64,000 nt of DNA from Macrostomum lignano (taxonomy: Eukaryota), in the NCBI GenBank assembly GCA_002269645.1, contig NIVC01001025.1, positions 1 to 64,000 of the forward strand, in the 5' to 3' direction. How positions within the stretch are numbered: position 1 is the first letter of the stretch; the number at the start of each line of letters is the position of its first letter. The notes under the pieces are model-generated. The model was not told where the DNA came from. It was given only the letters and a program-made list of their open reading frames with translations, and did no database searches. The position numbers and the translations under genes were made by a program. Below, one piece after another: positions 35,818-48,700 of the stretch.

Positions 35818-37632
35818 ATTAGTGACATATTTTTACTTACTTTCTTCAATTCAACATATCCATCAATTGACTAATGGTATTTAGTTTAGGAAAACAATGC
35901 TGTATTTTGACTTTCAGAAATGCCATTGGCCTATTTAAAGCATCAAATAGTGGCATAGCAATGATTTTGGAGTGGGCAATACGAAAGCATAACAATGAAA
36001 GTCTATAAATTTAAGTAAGGTTATTGTAAAAAATAAAATTTCTAGATTTTAGAAAGATATATCCCTAATACATGGCATACATACATGCCCAACTTCAAAA
36101 TTTCACCTGACTATGCAACTTAATTTTTGACCAAAAATGTTAATTACTTATAAAAAACCTTATAAAAGTAATGTAATATTGGGTAAATGGCAACAGTAAC
36201 TATAACTATATTATAAAGGCTAAATGCCTCATCATCTAGTTAGGCTAGTACTATATTTATTTAATTGGGTCAGCATTTTTGCAACTTACCTTGGCCAGAC
36301 CCTTTACCAACCAGCCAAATTGACTAGGTTGGCTAGGTGTTAGGCATGTATGATGGCATATAGCAAATAATCAAATGATTTTATTCTAGCATATATGCTA
36401 ATATCATATTGATATTAAACCTTATCAATTTAGACTTGAACTATTTATACCATGGGATAAAAATATAATATTCTAATTGTTGCTAGGATTAAAATTATAT
36501 ATAGTAGAAGCATATCTAAATATTTTCTTGCTAATACATGTTATTATTATTCTAAGAAATATATATTTTATAAATTTTCATATATTTAGACAAGCATTGT
36601 TCTTGTCTAAGTTAATTAATATTTCCTTATATATTCTAGAAACTTCTATGCTCTTTTTGTATGTCTATTAAATATGGCAAAATTCTAAAAACTTCTCTAA
36701 TATATTTAGCCTACAAATAAAAACACTCTAACTATAATATAGGGGCCTAATCAAGGCTCTTATTGCCATTATGCTACATTTAGAATACTACCATTGCTAC
36801 TATTAATATAGATTTTTATTTATTTGATAATATTTTTATTGGCCGGAATTTAATCAAAACAATAGTTCAATAATCAATTTGTTTTTTAGAAAAATATAAC
36901 AAATATATAGTGCAGTGGTTAGATAAAAATCTATTTTTTTAGATTGAGCCAAAGAAATTTCATATTTTTGCTATGGTCTTAAGAATTAGAATAGGATTTT
37001 AGGATTGGGTTCTATGTTTCTTAACATTAGATTTATGAAATCTTAGTCCTATCAGCATTGTTTACTTTATGCAACTTGTTTATTCCATATCTATTAGTCT
37101 ATTATCATATTATGTCTCTTTTATGTATTATTTATTTTATGCATCTTAAATGTATTATCCTATATACTAAAAATGAGTTGTCTGTATGTGGGTAGGTATG
37201 CGATAGATTTCAGAAAAATTGGCTCAACCGATTTTCTTCAAACTTGCACCATTTGATCAGAAATTTTCCTGGGACGGTACATGCATCTTGGCTAAGAAAT
37301 TGCTCAATTTTAAAGGGATTAAATATTCGAAAAACCTGCTTTTTTGCAAAGTTCAAGCAGCTCTTTCGATCTGAAATGCATTGTAAGAATGCTAGAGAAA
37401 AAACTGACTGGCTGAAGTCCGATTGTGATAAAGATTGCATCACAACAAGTTGAAAACAGAGCCAAAGAAATGCACACACGACTTGATTTAAATTGCGTAA
37501 CCATATTGCTAATTTAAATTGAGACTGATACTGGCTGACTGAGAAATTGATTACGTCATAACTTTCTACTCCAATTGACTTGCTGTAAGAATTGAATTAT
37601 AAGGGCCACAATTCATGTTCTCCAATTGAAAA

Positions 37633-37700
37633 GAGATAGCCCTGATGCGAACAGACTGGACTGCTAATGTAGCGACCTAGGTTCGAATCTTAGTAGTGCA
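37633..37700 (+). other. Degenerate tRNA-like / Pol III B-box sequence within the Helitron
   Basis: T-arm CTAGG-TTCGAAT-CTTAG and an anticodon-like GGACTGCTAAT, but no intact acceptor stem. Confidence 0.3.
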
Positions 37701-37749
37701 AAAATATTTTTTTATTAAAACACCTTAAAAACACGAAACTGCTAAACAT

Positions 37750-40515
37750 AAAAGAAGCGCAATGTCAAACATATAAGTGGCACCACGTCGAACATTAAAG
37801 AGCCACTATGTCAAACATAATAGAGCCACCATGTCAAACATGAAAAGAGCTACCATGTCAAAAATATACGTGACTCCATGTCAAACATATACGCGACTCC
37901 ATGTCAAACATTAAAGAGCCACAATGCCAAACATATACGTGACTGCATGTCTAACATTAAAGAGCCACCATTTCAAACATAAAAGAGCTACCATGTGAAA
38001 CATAAAAGAGACATCATGCCAAACATAAAAAGCCACCATCTTAAACATATACGTGACTCCATGTCAAACATTAAACACATAAAAGAGACACCATGTCACA
38101 CAAAAGGGAGCCACCATGTCAAACATGAAAAAGTCACCATGTCGAATATTAAACAGCCACCATGTCAAACATGAAAAAGTCACCATGTCGAATATTAAAC
38201 AGCCACCATGTCAAACATAAAAGAGACACCATGTCAAACATATACGTGACTACATGTCAAACATTAAAGAGCCACCATGTCAAACATTAAAGAGCCACCC
38301 TGTTAAACATGAAAGAACCACCATGTCGAATATTAAAGAGTCACCATTTCAAACATTAAAGAGCCACCATGTCAAGCATAAAAGAGCTACCATCTCAAAC
38401 ATAAAAGAGCCACCATGTCAAACATATACGTGACTCCATGTCGAACATTAAAGAGTCACAATGCTAAACATATACGTGACTGCATGTCTAACATTAAAGA
38501 GCCAGCATGTGAAACATAAAAGAGTTACCATGTGAAACATAAAAAAGACATCATGCCAAACATAAAAGAGCCACAATCTTAAACATATACGTGACTCCAT
38601 GTCAAACATTAAACACATAAAAGAGATACCATGCCACACAAAAGGGAGCCACCATGTCAAACATGAAAAGTCACCATGTCGAACATTAAACAGCCACCAT
38701 ATCAAACATGAAAGAGCCACCATGTTAAACATTGAAAAAGTCACCATGTCGAATCTTAAAGAGCCACCATGTCAAGCATAAAAGAGCCACCATGTCAAAC
38801 GAGCCACCATGTCAAACATTAAACATTAAACAGAAAAGAGCCACCATTTCAAACATAAAAATGCTACCAAGTAAGACAAAAAGAGCCACCATGTCAAACA
38901 TAAAAGAGACACCATGTCAAACATAGAAGAGCCACCGTGTCAACATAGAAGAGACACCATGTAAAAAATAGAAGAGCCACCATGTCAAACATTAAAGAGC
39001 CACCATTTCAAACATAAAAGAGCCACCGTTTCAAACATAAAAAGAAGTGTCATGCCAAACAAAATGGAGCCACTATAAAGCTATGGAAATTTTTGCACTA
39101 GCTACTTGTTCTCTGGTGGATGCTTGCTATTTAAGGATAGATACTTGCTATCAGGTGGATGCTTGCTTTCTGAGGGATGCTTGCTATCCGAGAGATGCTT
39201 GCTACTGGGGTTACCTGCTATTGGGAGATGCTTGCTCTTGGGGGGTGGAGGGTACTTGCTATCTGAGAGCGGGTTGCTAGATATCTATATGGTCTCTTTT
39301 TATCCAGGTTATGCTTGCTATCTGGGGTTGCTTGCGGTCTAGAGGATGCTTGCTATCTGGGGGATGCTTGCTATTCGGGGGGATGCTTGCTATTCGGGGG
39401 ATGCTTGCTATCTGGGGGATGCTTGCTATCTGGGGGATGCTTGCTATCTGGGGGATGCTTGCTATCTGGGGGATGCTTGCTATTTGGGGGATGCTTGCCA
39501 TCTGGGGATGCTTGCTATCTGGGGTCTGGGGATGTCTGCTATCTGGGGTCTGGGATGCTTGCTATCTGAGGGATGCTTGCTATCTGGGGGATGCTTGCTA
39601 TCTGGGGGATGCTTGCTATCTGGGGGATGCTTGCTATCTGGGGGATGCTTGCTATCTGGGGGATGCTTGCTATCTGGGGGATGCTTGCTATTTGGGGGAT
39701 GCTTGCCATCTGGGGGATGCTTGCTATCTGGGGTCTGGGGATGTCTGCTATCTGGGGTCTGGGGATGCTTGCTATCTGAGGGATGCTTGCTATCTGGGGG
39801 ATGCTTGCTATCTGGGGGATGCTTGCTATTTGGGGGATGCTTGCTATTTGGGGATCAATGCTTGAATGCTCTCTGGGGATGCTTGCTGTCTTGGGATGTT
39901 TTGTTTTTACAGGGAATGTCTGTTGTTTTTCGAACATAAAAGAGCCACCATGTAGAATATTAAAGAGCAACCATGTCAAACATTTAAGAGCCACCATATC
40001 AAACATTTAAGAGCCACCATGTCAAACATATAAGTGACTTTATGTCAAACATAGAAGTGACTTTATGTCAAACATTTAAGAGCCACCATGTCAAACATTT
40101 AAGAGCCACCATGTCAAACATATAAGTGACTTTATGTCAAACATTAAAGAGCCACCATTTCGAACATAAAAGATGCACAATTTCAAACGTAAAAGTAAGC
40201 GAATTTTAAAGGAGCCACTATAATGCTAAGGAAATTGTCGCACTAGCTACATATTGTCTGGTGGATGCTTGCTATTTGGGGATGCTATCTATCTGGGGGA
40301 TGCTTGCTATCTGGAGGATGCTTGCTATCTGGGGGATGCTTGCTATCTGGGGGATGCTTGCTATCTGGGGGATGCTTACTATTTGGGGGATGCTTGCTAT
40401 CTGGGGGATGCTTGCTATTTGGGGATGTTATCTATCTGGTGGATGCTTACTATTTGTGGGATGCTTGATATCTGGGGGATGCTTGCTATCTTGGGGATGC
40501 TTGCTGTCTTGGGAT
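37750..40515. repeat. Compound A-B-A-B minisatellite inside the Helitron
   Basis: A (AAAGAGCCACCATGTCAAACAT, ~21 bp): 37750-39065 and 39930-40200. B (GGGGGATGCTTGCTATCT, 18 bp): 39105-39895 and 40255-40515. Confidence 0.95.
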
Positions 40516-42670
40516 GATTTCTTTTTGCATTGCACTTCATTTGAGTATTTTGTCTGTTTTCTTTGTGAAGGCTTTATTTGGCTATCTTTTTGTTACTTGT
40601 AGAGAACAGAGATTCTATACAGATGTCCCCCAACGGGGGGCGAAGATTGCTAGTACATTGCTAAAGCTCAGCTTCTTTAGCACTTTGACACAAAAATTAT
40701 AGAATTCTGGCTTATACGAAATTCTTTATATAAATAGAATATTTAAATTTGACCATAAATCTTGAAAATAAATAAATAAATCTCAAACAGTACTACAGTA
40801 GTGGATTTAGGAGGGAGATGCAATGCACAAAGCATTAGGCATGGTGCTACCCTCTAGTAAATAGTAATGCCTGAGGAGCAGCCATTTTTTGAAGAATAAA
40901 TGTAGTCACAAGCGAAGCCATGATGTCTTATTTTTTGCTCTCTGTCCCTTGTCTTAACTAGCCCCATCCCGTGGTGCTTCAAGCTCATGTATATATGTGA
41001 ACCACGTGATTCAAGTATTTAATCATATAGTAGTCAATATTTACACCGACCAATCATTTGGAAAAAGAGCCTAGCGAGTGCTAATATATATAAACGTATA
41101 GCTACACTTTACATATTAGAGGACAGAAAAGATCAAAGTAAGTTTATCATTGAGTCTTACTATGTAGTCGCAGTAGATTTTTGCGTAATACACAGTGTAT
41201 GAAAAAAGTATTTGTTATATCTTTGTCTACGAGTCCGGTACTATTGAAGTAGCTCATAAGCAATTATTGCCTATGCGTGCCATGGATTTGTTTTGGAGAT
41301 TTTAAGTTGTTAAATTTAAATTAAAATTGTCACGCAATGTCGTAGAAGAAAAAATAATTGGTCAATTAGCAAGTAAAAGTACACATATTACTAGCCGTAA
41401 AGAAAGCGCCGCGAGTGCGGTAAAGAAAACTTTTACAAGATAATAACCCTCGGACGCGAGACTTGCTAAGCTTCAAAAAAGGTTATGAAACTTTGAAATA
41501 GAAATATACAATGCATTATTATTCTCACCAAGGTAGAGATTTGCGCATGCATAAATACTCCAAAGAACTTGTATGGTTTAAGCACTGCATGATGCTCAAG
41601 AATGAAGCCTTAGAGGCTATCTTGACTGGCCGTAGCCCGAGGGAATTATTGTGATTAGATTTAATCATGCATATGTTGCCATCGCGCAGCAGAGATTTCT
41701 TTTCGCTATCTTGAGTTTTTTTAGCTAGGACTGTTCAATTAATGCTGATTTCTGGCGATGCATTTGTACATGTACGAGTAGTATAGAAATATGAATTCGA
41801 GTATCGTCAAACAACTTCTAAGCTTAACTCAATCTCCCTATCTCCATAAAATGAGTTTTAAAATTATTCAATGCACAAAAGCATAGCGCCGCACAATAAA
41901 AGTAAAAGCGCGTTATTGCGTCATCTCGATTGCAGTTAGTCTAGCAATAAAAAAAGAGAGCAAAACACAATAGCATTTAAGCATCAATATACCTGTTTAT
42001 ATGTAGGTGTCACAAACTGCATGCTATAAAAACATGCACGCACTAAATGAACCGCTCGTCATACTAATTGATATTGGTTGAGCGCTTTCTGTCGTAGCAT
42101 TCTTTATATAAAAATTTACTTCGTACTTTTCCAACTAAAAACGACCAAAATAGTGCTAGAGAAAGCATACCGCTACATAATTGGGTTTTACATTGAAACA
42201 GAACACAAACATAGGTACAAGAGCAGGAATAGAAGTCTGTTGTTAGCAGTCAAACAGTGTCGCGTTGATTTTCTAGCATCAAATACATATTTTGTTTGCA
42301 TATGTAATGAGAGTAAAAGACAAACAGATGCGTTATAGTGAGGCAGTAAAACCATAGCAACAGGATTAGAAAGTTTAGCGGAAAAAATGATACCAGAGTT
42401 ACATTTGCTTGCAGATTTCCATGCACGGAGGACAAGAAAGCAGCACGCATGGCAAAAATCATAAATAATAAAATTTACCTACAGCAATTTACGCCTGGCC
42501 TCACATCATCTCGCTGGGAAGCACATATCTGTTTGCAGGGGGGGGGGGGGCAATGGCCTGTGCCAGGACCAGGTCAACCTGGTAACTAGCAGCAGAAATA
42601 ACGCTAAAACAGAGAGAGACGCATCTTTGGGAATTTTAAGTTCTTATTTTGGAACTTCTTAACTAATTAT

Positions 42671-42860
42671 CAAGCACTACTCAAGCAGAAGTCCTTGGTA
42701 ACCTCCTACGTGCATGTCCTGTGCCTAGACAAAATTGGCAACAACATAGACTCATTGGTTTTACGAATCTATTGTATCATTTTATTACGCAGTCATTAAG
42801 CTAAGAATGAGATTTTTCAAGAAACGTACGAGTTTCCCCGTCCTACTTGAGTAGTCGTTG
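42671..42860. mobile_element. Short (190-bp) member of the same hAT-like MITE family
   Basis: Termini CAAGCACTACTCAAG / CTTGAGTAGTCGTTG, TSD CTAATTAT/CTAATTAC. The interior shares CTCATTGG..GAATCTATT..TTACGCAGTCATTAAGCTAAGAA with 63582-63650. Confidence 0.8.
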
Positions 42861-43619
42861 CTAATTACATTACTAAACAAAGACTTCCTACACAAAATTC
42901 AGCATCAACTAAATTGTATTTAAAATCGCATTGTACTGAGGGGCGTATTACACCTCCTGAATGACCATTACTCATAATTAATCGAAAATAATAAGAGCAG
43001 CAGAGAGAAAAAGAGCGGGTTAAAAAAAACGGACACAGGGCATGAAACCGGTATGCGGAGTCACAGTGACAGACACGCGCTGGCTACATGTACGCTTTTT
43101 TGGTTAGGTAAAGAATTCTATTAGCTATTTACAGGGAAAGGTGTTGGGCATTGCCAGCGAGCAAAACAGTTATAATATTAATATAAACATTTTAAGTATA
43201 AATTATATATATAGTTATATATATATAAAACGCGACACAATCTGCATCGAGATACATATAAATTCAACCTGCTACTCAAAGGTATTTTTTTCTCATACTA
43301 ACAATAAAAAAGGACATCTGCAATTAAAACGACAATATATAAAACGTATAGAGATAGGCCAATTTATAAGCGAATATAAGCGTGTGTAGGTGACAAATTT
43401 ATAGATATAAATAGACTCAACAAAATCCGTCCAGTTGTTAAGGTATTTTTTGTTCATTGGCTATTAGCAGGGAATGTCCGAGCCGATCCCGGGATCCCTA
43501 GCTCCTGCGGTCACTCGACTACTGCATACTGCAACTCCCACAGAAGAATTCCTCGTAGAAGTATTGGCCCTTAGCAACCATAAATGTGACCCCTAAAGCG
43601 ACAGAGAATTTCCATAGAT

Positions 43620-44830
43620 ATTAACCCCATAGCAACAGGGATTACCTATAGATGCGACCCCCATAGCAACAGGGATTACCCATAGATGCGACCCCCATAG
43701 CAACAGGGATTACCCATAGATGCGACCCCCATAGCAACAGGGATTACCCATAGATGCGACCCCCATAGCAACAGGGATTATCCATAGATAAGACGGCCAT
43801 AGCAACAGGGATTACCCATAGATGCGACCCCCATAGCAACAGGGATTACCCATAGATGCGACCCCCATAGCAACAGGGATTACCCATAGATGCGACCCCC
43901 ATAGCAACAGGGATTATCCATAGATAAGACGGCCATAGCAACAGGGATTACCCATAGATGCGACCCCCATAGCAACAGGGATTACCCATAGATGCGACCC
44001 CCATAGCAACAGGGATTATCCATAGATGCGACCCCCATAGCGACAGGGATTACCCATAGATGCGAATTCCATAGCAACAGGGATTACCCATAGATGCGAA
44101 TTCCATAGCAACAGGGATTACCCATAGATGCGACCTCCATAGCAACAGGGATTACCCATAGATGCGACCCCCATAGCAACAGGGATTACACATAGATAAG
44201 ACAGCCATAGCAACAGGGATTATCCATAGATGCGACCCCCATAGCAACAGGGATTACCCATAGATGCGAATTCCATAGCAACAGGGATTACCCATAGATG
44301 CGACCCCTATAGCGACAGGGATTACCCATAGATAAGACGGCCATAGCAACAGGGATTACCCATAGATGCGACCCCCATAGCAACAGGGATTACCCATAGA
44401 TAAGACGGCCATAGCAACAGGGATTACCCATAGATGCGAATTCCATAGCAACAGGGATTACCCATAGATGCGAATTCCATAGCAACAGGGATTACCCATA
44501 GATGCGAATTCCATAGCAACAGGGATTACCCATAGATGCGAATTCCATAGCAACAGGGATTACCCATAGATAAGACGGCCATAGCAACAGGGATTACCCA
44601 TAGATGCGACCCCCATAGCGACAGGGATTACACATAGATGCGACCCCCATAGCGACAGGGATTACCCATAGATAAGACGGCCATAGCAACAGGGATTACC
44701 CATAGATGCGACCTCCATAGCAACAGGGATTACCCATAGATAAGACGGCCATAACAACAGGGAGTTTCCTCAATAGACGAAACTACCTTAGCAACAGGGA
44801 ATTCCCCATGAGGCAACAGCATAGCAACAA
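43620..44830. repeat. 34-bp minisatellite
   Basis: CATAGATGCGACCCCCATAGCAACAGGGATTACC in tandem. Confidence 0.95.
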
Positions 44831-45723
44831 GGAATTCTCTATAATCTCAATAGAAAAAGTTTACTCTCGGTGCGCTTTTATAATTAACAACAGGTACAAC
44901 TGGACTGAACTGTACGAGTCAAAAACGATCGAATCGAGACCCAAACTAGGGGAGTTCAAGCGAAAAGTTTCAAATGTTAAAGGTTAAAAAATACAGGAAT
45001 CAAAGTAAAGAAGGAGCTCTTTTAAATAACTACTACAATTACATAATACAGACAATTTTGATAATGCATGACAACGCAAGAAGCACGGCGGAGTTGATGA
45101 GCGAATCGCAAGATTGGGGAAGGGGAACAGTCAGGAGAACTAACAAAGGAGCGGGTGCGTTTGAGACTTTTTACTGGCAATTAATTATCTGGTTATTTAA
45201 TTAGAAACGACTTTAATAAGCTGACTATTATTGTGTTGGGACTAATTAGAAAACAGGTTTTCTATTACACAGTTGCACCGTAGATTTTATTGTATTTTCC
45301 TAAAGTTTCTACTATAAGTAAATTAACTTACAAAACTTGATTTTTATTCTATTTTTACACTAAAGATTTTGCTGTTTCTACTGTAAGTAGAGTAGAATTA
45401 AATCACTATTATAATAAGAATATTTTTATAGCTCTATCTAATTTACATGTAGAAACCGCACAGTATTCTACAAGTGTAACAGGCACCAGGGGATCAAATG
45501 GGGATTTCTCGACAGCTTAAGGCTCCAGCTAGAATAAAAAACATTTACAGTCAACTTTCAAAGATTAGTTAGCTGATACCGCAGATTTTTAATAAAATAT
45601 GCTAACTAGTATTTAGTTATAGTTAAAAATGTCCCATAGTCCTTGCGCGCTTGTAGGGGGGGGGACATAATTGCGGGTCCAGGTGGGTGTCGGGTGCAGA
45701 GGAGACGGGGCACTGCTCAAAGA

Positions 45724-48700
45724 TCAGAAGGACTCGGCCGGATTAGGCTGGAACACCCTACTGCGGCGGAACAGGTTGCTAGCTAGCCGGGCAGCCGGGC
45801 CGTGCTCCGATTGCGGCCGGCGCATCACCGGCGTGGCGGCAGCGGCGGCGGCGGCTGCGGTAGCGGCTGCGGCCTGCGAACTCTGCGACAGCACCTGGGC
45901 AGCGTTTAGTAAGCCAGCGTCCGACAGGCTCTGTGTCTCCCGATCGAAGTTGGCCAGCCTCTGCCTGTTGGCGTCTTCGACTTGCTGACGGATGGCTTCC
46001 ACTCGCTTCTTGTGCTCCTGGTCGCCTTCGTCAATCTGTGCGGATGCGGAGATGGAGCGGCCACTAAATTAGCCTAAAACCTGTCCTGTGCCACTAAATT
46101 AGCCTAAACTCCCTCCTATGGCACTAAATTAGCCTAAAATCCCTCGTGTGCCACTAAATTAGCCTAAAACCTGTCCTGTGGCACTAAATTAGCCTAAAAT
46201 CTGTCCTGTGCCACTAGATTAGCCTAAAACCTGTCCTGTGGCACTAAATTAGCCTAAAATCTGTCCTGTGCCACTAGATTAGCCTAAAATCTGTCCTGTG
46301 CCACTAGATTAGCCTAAAATCTGTCCTGTGCCACTAAATTAGCCTAAAATCTGTCCTGTGGCACTAAATTAGCCTAAAATCTGTCCTGTGGCACTAAATT
46401 AGCCTAAAATCTGTCCTGTGCCACTAGATTAGCCTAAAATCTGTCCTGTGCCACTAAATTAGCCTAAAATCTGTCCTGTGCCACTAAATTAGCCTAAAAT
46501 CTGTCCTGTGGCACTAAATTAGCCTAAAATCTGTCCTGTGGCACTAAATTAGCCTAAAATCTGTCCTGTGCCACTAAATTAGCCTAAAATCTGTCCTGTG
46601 CCACTAAATTAGCCTAAAATCTGTCCTGTGCCACTAAATTAGCCTAAAATCTGTCCTGTGCCACTAAATTAGCCTAAAATCTGTCCTGTGCCACTAAATT
46701 AGCCTAAAATCTGTCCTGTGCCACTAAATTAGCCTAAAATCTGTCCTGTGGCACTAAATTAGCCTAAAATCTGTCCTGTGCCACTAAATTAGCCTAAAAT
46801 CTGTCCTGTGCCACTAAATTAGCCTAAAATCTGTCCTGTGCCACTAAATTAGCCTAAAATCTGTCCTGTGGCACTAAATTAGCCTAAAATCTGTCCTGTG
46901 GCACTAAATTAGCCTAAAATCGGTGCTGAGGCACTAAATTAGCCTAAAATCTGTCCTGTGGCACTAAATTAGCCTAAAATCGGTGCTGAGGCACTAAATT
47001 AGCCTAAAATCTGTCCTGTGGCACTAAATTAGCCTAAAATCGGTGCTGAGGCACTAAATTAGCCTAAAATCGGTGTTATGGCACTAAATTAGTTTAAAAC
47101 GTGGCCTGTGGCATGTTACGGCTGAGCCAGACCTTAAAAACACGCTTAAGTCAGTAAGCACAGCAGCACTCACGGATCGGTTCAGACAGGCGTATCTGGT
47201 CTCAATTTTGATCTGCAGTAGCTGGCGCTCTTTCTCCTGAGCCTGCAGCAGCGACATCTGCACTTTGCTCTGATAGGCGGCTAGAAGCTCTTTCTCTTCT
47301 TCTTGCCTGCGCTTGCACTCTACCAGCTCCTGCTGATGGTTAGTCTTGGTGTTGTCCGTGACCTTCTGCTTGAGGTCAATGATAGACCAATTGTATTGCT
47401 CCTGCAGCGAGGTCAGCTTGGTCTCCTTGTCTGTACGAATTCTGCGCAACTCCTCGCGTTGTTCATCTTTCGGCCGCTGCGACTGGGACACCTGCTTCTC
47501 CAGGTACTTGAATTGAGACTCCTGAATCTTCACCGTGTCCGTGTACTGCTTGCGAACGCTTTGAATGCGAAGCTTCAAATTCTTTGGCAGATTCTTGCTT
47601 TCCACCTGTTGCCGCCTGTTCAAGTCGTCTGTCTGCTTGCGGAAGAACTCGTCCTGATTGGTTCTCTCCATGTTGCTGAGGGAATGGAAAAGTACGGATT
47701 TGTATTTATTAATAACTAGCCAAGTTTGACAGGATAAGGAGGGGATAAAACTGGCAGGATGGGAAGGGGATAAAACTGGCAGGATGGGAAGGGGATAAAC
47801 CTGGCAGGATGGAAAGGGGATAAAACTGAAAAAAATAGGAAGGGGATAAAACTGGCAGGATGGGAAGGGGATAAAATTGGCAGGATGGGAAGGGGATAAA
47901 ACTGGCAGGATGGAAAGGGGATAAAATTGGAAGGATGGAAAGGGGAAAAAACTGGCAGGATGGGAAGGGGATAAAATTGGAAGGATGGGAAGGGGATAAA
48001 ACTGGCAGGATGGAAAGGGGATAAAATTGGAAGGATGGGAAGGGGAAAAAACTGGCAGGATGGGAAGGGGATAAAATTGGAAGGATGGGAAGGGGAAAAC
48101 TGGCAGAATGGAAATGGGATAAAATTGGCAGGATGGGAAGGGGATAAAACTGGCAGGATGGAAAGGGGATAAAACTGGCAGGATGGGAAGGGGATAAAAT
48201 TGGCAGGATGGGAAGGGGATAAAATTGGAAGGATGGGAAGGGGAAAAACTGGAAGGATGGAAAGGGGATAAAACTGGCAGGATGGAAAGGGGATAAAACT
48301 GGCAGGATGGGAATGGGATAAAACTGGCAGGATGGGAATGGGATAAAACTGGCAGGATGGGAAGGGGATAAAACTGGCAGGATGGGAAGGGGATAAAACT
48401 GGCAGGATGGAAAGGGGATAAAACTGGCAGGATGGGAAGGGGATAAAACTGGCAGGATGGAAAGGCGGCAATACTGCAAATTCCCGTAGACTGCAACTCA
48501 CTGCTGCTCCCTCATTTGGTCGATCTTAAGCCTGTGCAAAGCAGAAAGCTGTTCCTCTTCCATCTTTTTAATTCTCTCGTGATGCTCCATCAGCAGAGCA
48601 TTCTGCATGTCCTTCTGCTGAGATCGCAGGGCTATATCGTGCTCAGCGGCCTCACGCTCAAACTGCAGCATAGTGAGCAGGCCGCGCCTCTTGCAGGCCC

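Larger units (their letters stand above)
37158..40653 (+). mobile_element. Non-autonomous Helitron-like element (~3.5 kb) carrying two minisatellite families
   Basis: Host A | TCCTATATACTAAAA 5' end, followed by TGTCTGTATGT and CTCAACCGATTTTCTTCAAACTT, motifs I recognise from animal non-autonomous Helitrons. 3' hairpin GTCCCCC-AAC-GGGGGGC (40625-40641), then CTAG | T at 40650-40654. Confidence 0.65.

Noticed and set aside
39106-40602. Many overlapping ORFs (GDACYL)n, (MLAIWG)n, (QIASIP)n
   Set aside because: An 18-bp minisatellite, open in most frames.
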